Below, in pieces: positions 59,142-64,000 of a stretch of 64,000 bases of DNA; the stretch's first letter is position 1; every line of letters starts with the position of its first letter. The notes below the pieces were generated by a model, which was not told where the DNA came from, did no database searches, and saw only the letters and a program-made list of their open reading frames with translations. A program made the translations under genes and the position numbers. The stretch lies in contig JBHGNT010000013.1 of the NCBI GenBank assembly GCA_043228905.1, forward strand, positions 18,228,001 through 18,292,000, written 5' to 3'. Source of the DNA: Azolla caroliniana. Its lineage: Eukaryota; Plantae; Polypodiophyta.

Positions 59142-60038
59142 ATGAAGTGGTGTTGCTGTCTAAGAGGCAAACCTGAAGAATCAAAACCGGCAGATCAAGA
59201 TACAAGGGAAGGATCAACAGACCCAAAACCGGTAGATCAATATACAAGAGAACGATCAGCAGACCCAAAAACGGCAGATCAACATACAAAGGAAGGATCA
59301 ACAGCCCCAAAACCGGCAGATCAATATACAAAGAAAGGATCGACAGACCAATATACACGTAGGGAACAATTGAAGATTATATACAACAAACACTTCCGAT
59401 CAGCAGATCTGTATAGGACCGTTCGCATCCTGGTAGTGGGACGTTCGGGCTGTGGCAAGACCACCCTCATCCGCTTGATCGTTGGCAAGGAGGGGCCCTG
59501 CAATCTTGGGGATAAAGCTGTGGCCGGTGTCCAGGACATCCGCAAAGAATGGCGGTGCCTGCAGGACGAGGGCCTCCCAGAGCTTGTCATCCATGACAGC
59601 AATGGCATGGACGTGCGTGGTGAAGAGAATCTCCAAACCGTGAAACAGTTCATCGAGGAGCGGCAGAAGAGAAATGAGGAGTCGGAACGGATCAACCTCA
59701 TATGGTATGTGTTCAGCGCAGCCGACAACAGATTCGCGGATGATTGCAATCTCATGGGGATCGTCGCTGACAGCGCCATTCCGGTGCTTCTCATCATGAC
59801 ATTCAACGATATCCCTGAATTGGTGGAGCAACACGTTACGGATGACAATGTGAATCGGCTTCTAAAAGACATCAGGAATGAGAGGAAGAGGGACAAAATC
59901 AAGGCTCAAATGGTGAGGATCGGCAACAGAGTGAAATTGAACAAAAACACAAATGAAATCACTGGTCTCGAAGACAAGGAAGGGCTGAAGGAGATCTCGA
60001 AGAAGTCCATGAAGCTTGTGGACGGCAAATTGTGTTAA
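59142..60038 (+). pseudogene. GTPase copy C, near-identical to A, truncated by a Copia LTR at 60033
   Basis: Colinear with 53184-54055. Homology stops at aaattg|TGTTAATT. Confidence 0.85.
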
Positions 60039-61490
60039 TTTGTGGGGTTACGATTTTGTTTTCTTTTTCTTTTAATAATATTTATTGTTATTAGTAGGTA
60101 GTAATATAAAACAAAACGAATGTTTTGTTTCTTTAGTAATTATTATTCTTATATTATTTCTTGAAAAAGGGTAAATGTAAGTTATGTTTTTTAGTGTGTG
60201 TAAAGAAAGAAAAAACGAAAGAGGGGGAAAACAAAACAAAACAATCGATTTGTTTTGAGAGATATAAAGAGAAAAGGGTGTAGAAAGGATAAATAGATAG
60301 TGAAAAGGAGAGAACAAAAAATAGCTAAGCTTGTTGCTCAACTCATCTACCTTCCACCTCCACAGTTCAACGTGGGATCTACACGATTACTACTTTGACT
60401 TGTGGGCTTTCTTATCCGGATTTTATTCTCTCTTCTCTTTCACCCATATACTTGTGAATTAGCCTCATTTCTTTGGATTATTGCAACATCTTTGTCGGTA
60501 GTATTTTGCGACATATCTTTACTTTTCTCTAGTGTATCTAGAGATAGAACTTGTACTTGTGTTATATCTCTTTGGTGATAGTGGATTGGTTTTGGACTTT
60601 GTCTCGTGGTTGTTTCCCTCATTGAGGGTTTTTCCACGTTAAATCTTGTGTCATCTTTATTGTGTCATTGTGTGTGCTTAGTCTTTTTATTTTGATCTTT
60701 ACCTCATTATAATCGAGCACAAACGTGACGTGTGTGACACTCTTGCGTGTCTATACCCGCTCAAGCGGTATTAGAGCAGAGGTTATGTTTTTTTTGCTCG
60801 ATTATAAATGAAGGCAAACACATCAACAATGGTTGTTTTAAATGGCACGAACTATCAAAAATGGAAAGGAAAAATGAAAGATTTGGTTTTTGTTAAAAAT
60901 TTGCATTTACCTGTGTTTGCGAAGAATAAAGCTGAAAAGAAAAATGATGAGGAGTGGTGTTTTGAAAACAAATAAGTATGTGGTTTCATTCGTCCATGGG
61001 TAGGAGATAATGTCTTGAATCATGTTGTGAATGAAACAAATGCAAAGATGTTGTGGAATAAATTAGAAACCTTATATGCTTCTAGAACTGGTAACAATAA
61101 GTTGTTTTTACTTAAACATGCAATGCATTTGATTTATAAAGAAAATAACTCTGTTTTTTATCATTTAAATGAATTTCAAGGTTGTTTTGATCAATTGTCT
61201 AGTATGGGTATAAATTTTGAAGAAGTTCTTTCTTTATGGTTGTTAAATATTCTTCCTGAGTCATGGGAAATGTTTAGGGTTACTCTAGCTAGTATGGCTC
61301 CTAAGGGAGGTATGATAATGGAACATGTGAAGAGTGGAATTCTAAATGAAGAAATGTGGTGGAGGACGCAATGAACAACATCAAACTCGGAAGGTTTGGT
61401 TGCTGAAAATAGAGGAAGTAGCCAAAATAAATATTGCTTCAAATGGAAGAAGGAACATAAAGTGTCAAAGTACATGAAATATATGAAGAA
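60033..61490 (+). mobile_element. Old Copia 5' LTR, PBS and gag remnant
   Basis: LTR 60033-60763, degenerate PBS cggtattagagc 60766-60777, gag MKANTSTMVVLNGTNYQKWKGKMKDL from 60808, LLNILPESWE. Confidence 0.8.
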
Positions 61491-61494
61491 TGTA

Positions 61495-62324
61495 AATGAC
61501 AATATTGATTCTGTTGACATATTGTATCATAGATATCCATGGTTGATCTTGTTGACATATATCTCGTAATAATGCAAATCTACGAGCCATCAAATGCCTT
61601 TCCAAATCCAATATTGTTGCGCCACCTAACCTCTTAGGAGTAGCCAAATGGTCCCATGAAATCCATGTAACTCTCATAATCTCTCCCTTCCGCCACAACA
61701 TGAACCGAATAGGTTGTAACATGTTTTGTAATGCCTTCTTAGTCCAAGGTAGTAAACGCAAAAAATATAATAACATGGGTATCAAGATAAATTGCACCAC
61801 TTTGAGTCATACATGAAAGGGCCATAATTGAGACTTCCAATACATAAATTTGTCCTTCAATTTACTACCAATCCAATCAATCAATTGAACATTTGTAACA
61901 TCAACACCCAATGGATAACCCAAATGTTGATAAATTGATCCTCGTGTAACCACTGACCCTCCCCATCCCAAACATTCCAAATCACTCTCTATACAAGAAA
62001 TAAGGCGAGACTTACTCCAATTTATATACAACCCTGAAGCCAAAGAAAATTGATCCCAAGCTTGCATACTCCTTTCAAAATTTTCTTTTGAGGCTTGTAA
62101 AAACACACAATTGTCCACCAGAAGGAAGATGCAAACCCACAATATCACCACTAGCCGCAAGATTTGACAACATTACTAACAAAGGATGCGTAACAAAAGC
62201 AAATAATAATGGGCTTAGTGGACATCCTTGCCACATGGATCTAGTAAGAAACACTTTTGGAGTAACTCCGCCTTTATGCATCACACACGAGGTTGCATTT
62301 TGCCCTAGCAAAAAGATAAGTCGA
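61495..62324 (-). mobile_element. L1-type LINE reverse transcriptase fragment
   Basis: QGCPLSPLLF, SGLYINWSKS, YQHLGYPLG, WDHLATPKRLGG. Confidence 0.85.
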
Positions 62325-64000
62325 TGTTGAAAAAAGCGTGCTCGGCCACAACCAAGGAATGGGATCAACTCACAGAAAAACAGGAAATACAAAATGCACA
62401 AAACAATAGAGAGAAAGGTACACTGGATGTTTTACGTGGAAAACCCTAAATGGGAAAAACCACGGGAGTCCTCAAACTCCAACTATCACTATGAACAGGG
62501 ATGTACACTGGTGAAGCTACAAGGCAACAACCTTGAGCTCACTGTCTTCGCCACAGGCGGCGGCAATACACAGAGGCAACGACCTCTTCGTCTCTCTCTC
62601 TCTCTCTCTTTCTCGGCTGCTCTCACTTCGCATGAGAATTAAGCAACAACGTAAAACTGTTTGCCCTAAGTCATATTTATACACATATGACTTTCGGGCT
62701 ATTTACAAATATGGCCTCAAGGGCCCTTGGCAAACATATTCACAAATATGTCCCCGCATCCGGATCTCTCTCCGGGTACATTCATCATCCGGCTCCGTAG
62801 CCGGGTCTTCGTCATCCGGCTCCGTAGCCGGGGTCTTCATCACCCGTCTCCGTAACCGGGCACTCTTCATCCTCCGGTTTCGTAACCGCAACCGGGCTTG
62901 CCGTCATTCATCTCCGGACATCCCATCCGGAGGGACCGAAATCCCAACAAACTCCCCCTTCACTTCGGCATGGGATGTCTTTCCAGTCCGACCCTCTTCC
63001 GGCACGCTTCCAGCTTGTCGGGTGTGAGCACTTTGGTCAGCATATCTGACCCGTTCTCTTCCGTGTGGATCTTCGACAGCATGAACTCCTGGTCTTCTAT
63101 CCTTTCCCGGATCCAGTGATATCTTCGCTGGATGTGCTTCGTCCGGGAGTGATAGGCCGCGTTCTTCGCAAGGTGGATGGCACTCTGACTGTCGCAGTAG
63201 AGTCGGTACTCCTCCTGCCGGATACCGAGCTCTCTAATGAAGTCCTTCATCCATATCATTTCCTTGCCGGCTTCAACAGCTGCCATGTACTCCGCCTCCG
63301 TGGTTGACAACGCAACCGTCTTCTGCAGCCTCGACTGCCACGAAACAGCTCCCCCTGCACACGTCATCACATACCCTGATGTGGACCGGCTGGTATCTTC
63401 ATCAGCCGACATATCCGAATCGGTAAAGCCGTCGAGTTCGGGCTTACCGGAGCCGAATCGGAGGCACACGTTTGCCGTGCCCTTCAGGTATCGGAGTATC
63501 CACTTGACCGCGTTCCAGTGGTCTTTGCCGGGATTGCTCATGTACCGGCTCACCACTCCGACTGCGTATCCTATGTCCGGTCTTGTACACACCATTGCGT
63601 ACATCAAGCTTCCGACGGCAGAGGCATATGGTACTTTCATCATGTCCTCCTTCTCAGCCTTTGTCTTGGGGCTCTGCTTGCTGGACAACTTGCAGTTTGC
63701 CGGGAGGGTTGACCCGACCGGTCTTGCTTCCGACATGTTGAACCGGTGAAGCACCTTTGTTACGTACTTCTCCTGTGACAGCCACAACTGCTTCTTCTTC
63801 CGGTCTCGGATGATGTGCATCCCTAGTATTTGCCTCGCCGGACCCAGGTCCTTCATTGAGAAGGTACGATGAAGAGCTTTCTTCAGCATCCGTATCTTGC
63901 CCTGGTCCCGTCCGACGATCAACATGTCGTCCACGTACAGGAGGAGTATTAGAGAGTCTCCTCCTTCGAACTTCTTCACAAACACGCAGTGATCGGACTG
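62325..64000 (-). mobile_element. Ty1/Copia element E: 3' LTR plus open RT/RNase H end (continues beyond window)
   Basis: LTR 62325-62949, PPT gaagggggag 62952-62961, ORF 62960-63985 with LLYVDDML, AEYMA, DSQSAIHLA. Same family as the outer Copia. Confidence 0.93.

Noticed and set aside
58117-60038. Spliced tandem two-G-domain fusion protein (B plus C)
   Set aside because: Using the 59028 donor with any of the CAGCAGCAG acceptors hits TAG before C, and C's ATG is out of frame.

Overview
Eukaryotic, repeat-dominated land-plant DNA, probably a fern (inferred from the PLS-type PPR fragment and element types). Positions ~246-44942 form one nested transposon stack that can be resolved by target-site duplications (TSDs). 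A Copia element is split by a minus-strand Athila/Phygy-like Gypsy (1643-44099, TSD ATTGC). That Gypsy hosts two sister Copia elements (TSDs CATCC and GCTAT), a 1-kb LTR-bounded insert (GGTTT) and a Copia solo LTR (CTCTC). The solo LTR holds a large Sola2-type DNA transposon (11040-30585, 25-bp TIRs, TSD AGCT), itself interrupted by a three-LTR, tRNA-Trp-primed, fungal-like Gypsy (4-bp TSD TCGT). The Sola2 element is the most unusual feature. It carries a convergent, multi-exon second gene (RING-H2 finger, short repeats, FCP1/NIF-like phosphatase fold with a degenerate catalytic motif), and the largest intron of each of its two genes is a satellite of the palindrome TAGCTAATTAGCTA, which contains the element's own AGCT target. 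The last 11 kb hold the only host-like genes: three tandem intron-poor P-loop GTPases resembling fungal G-domain proteins, amid PPR, LINE and Copia remnants. No database searches were run, so family calls rest on remembered motifs.
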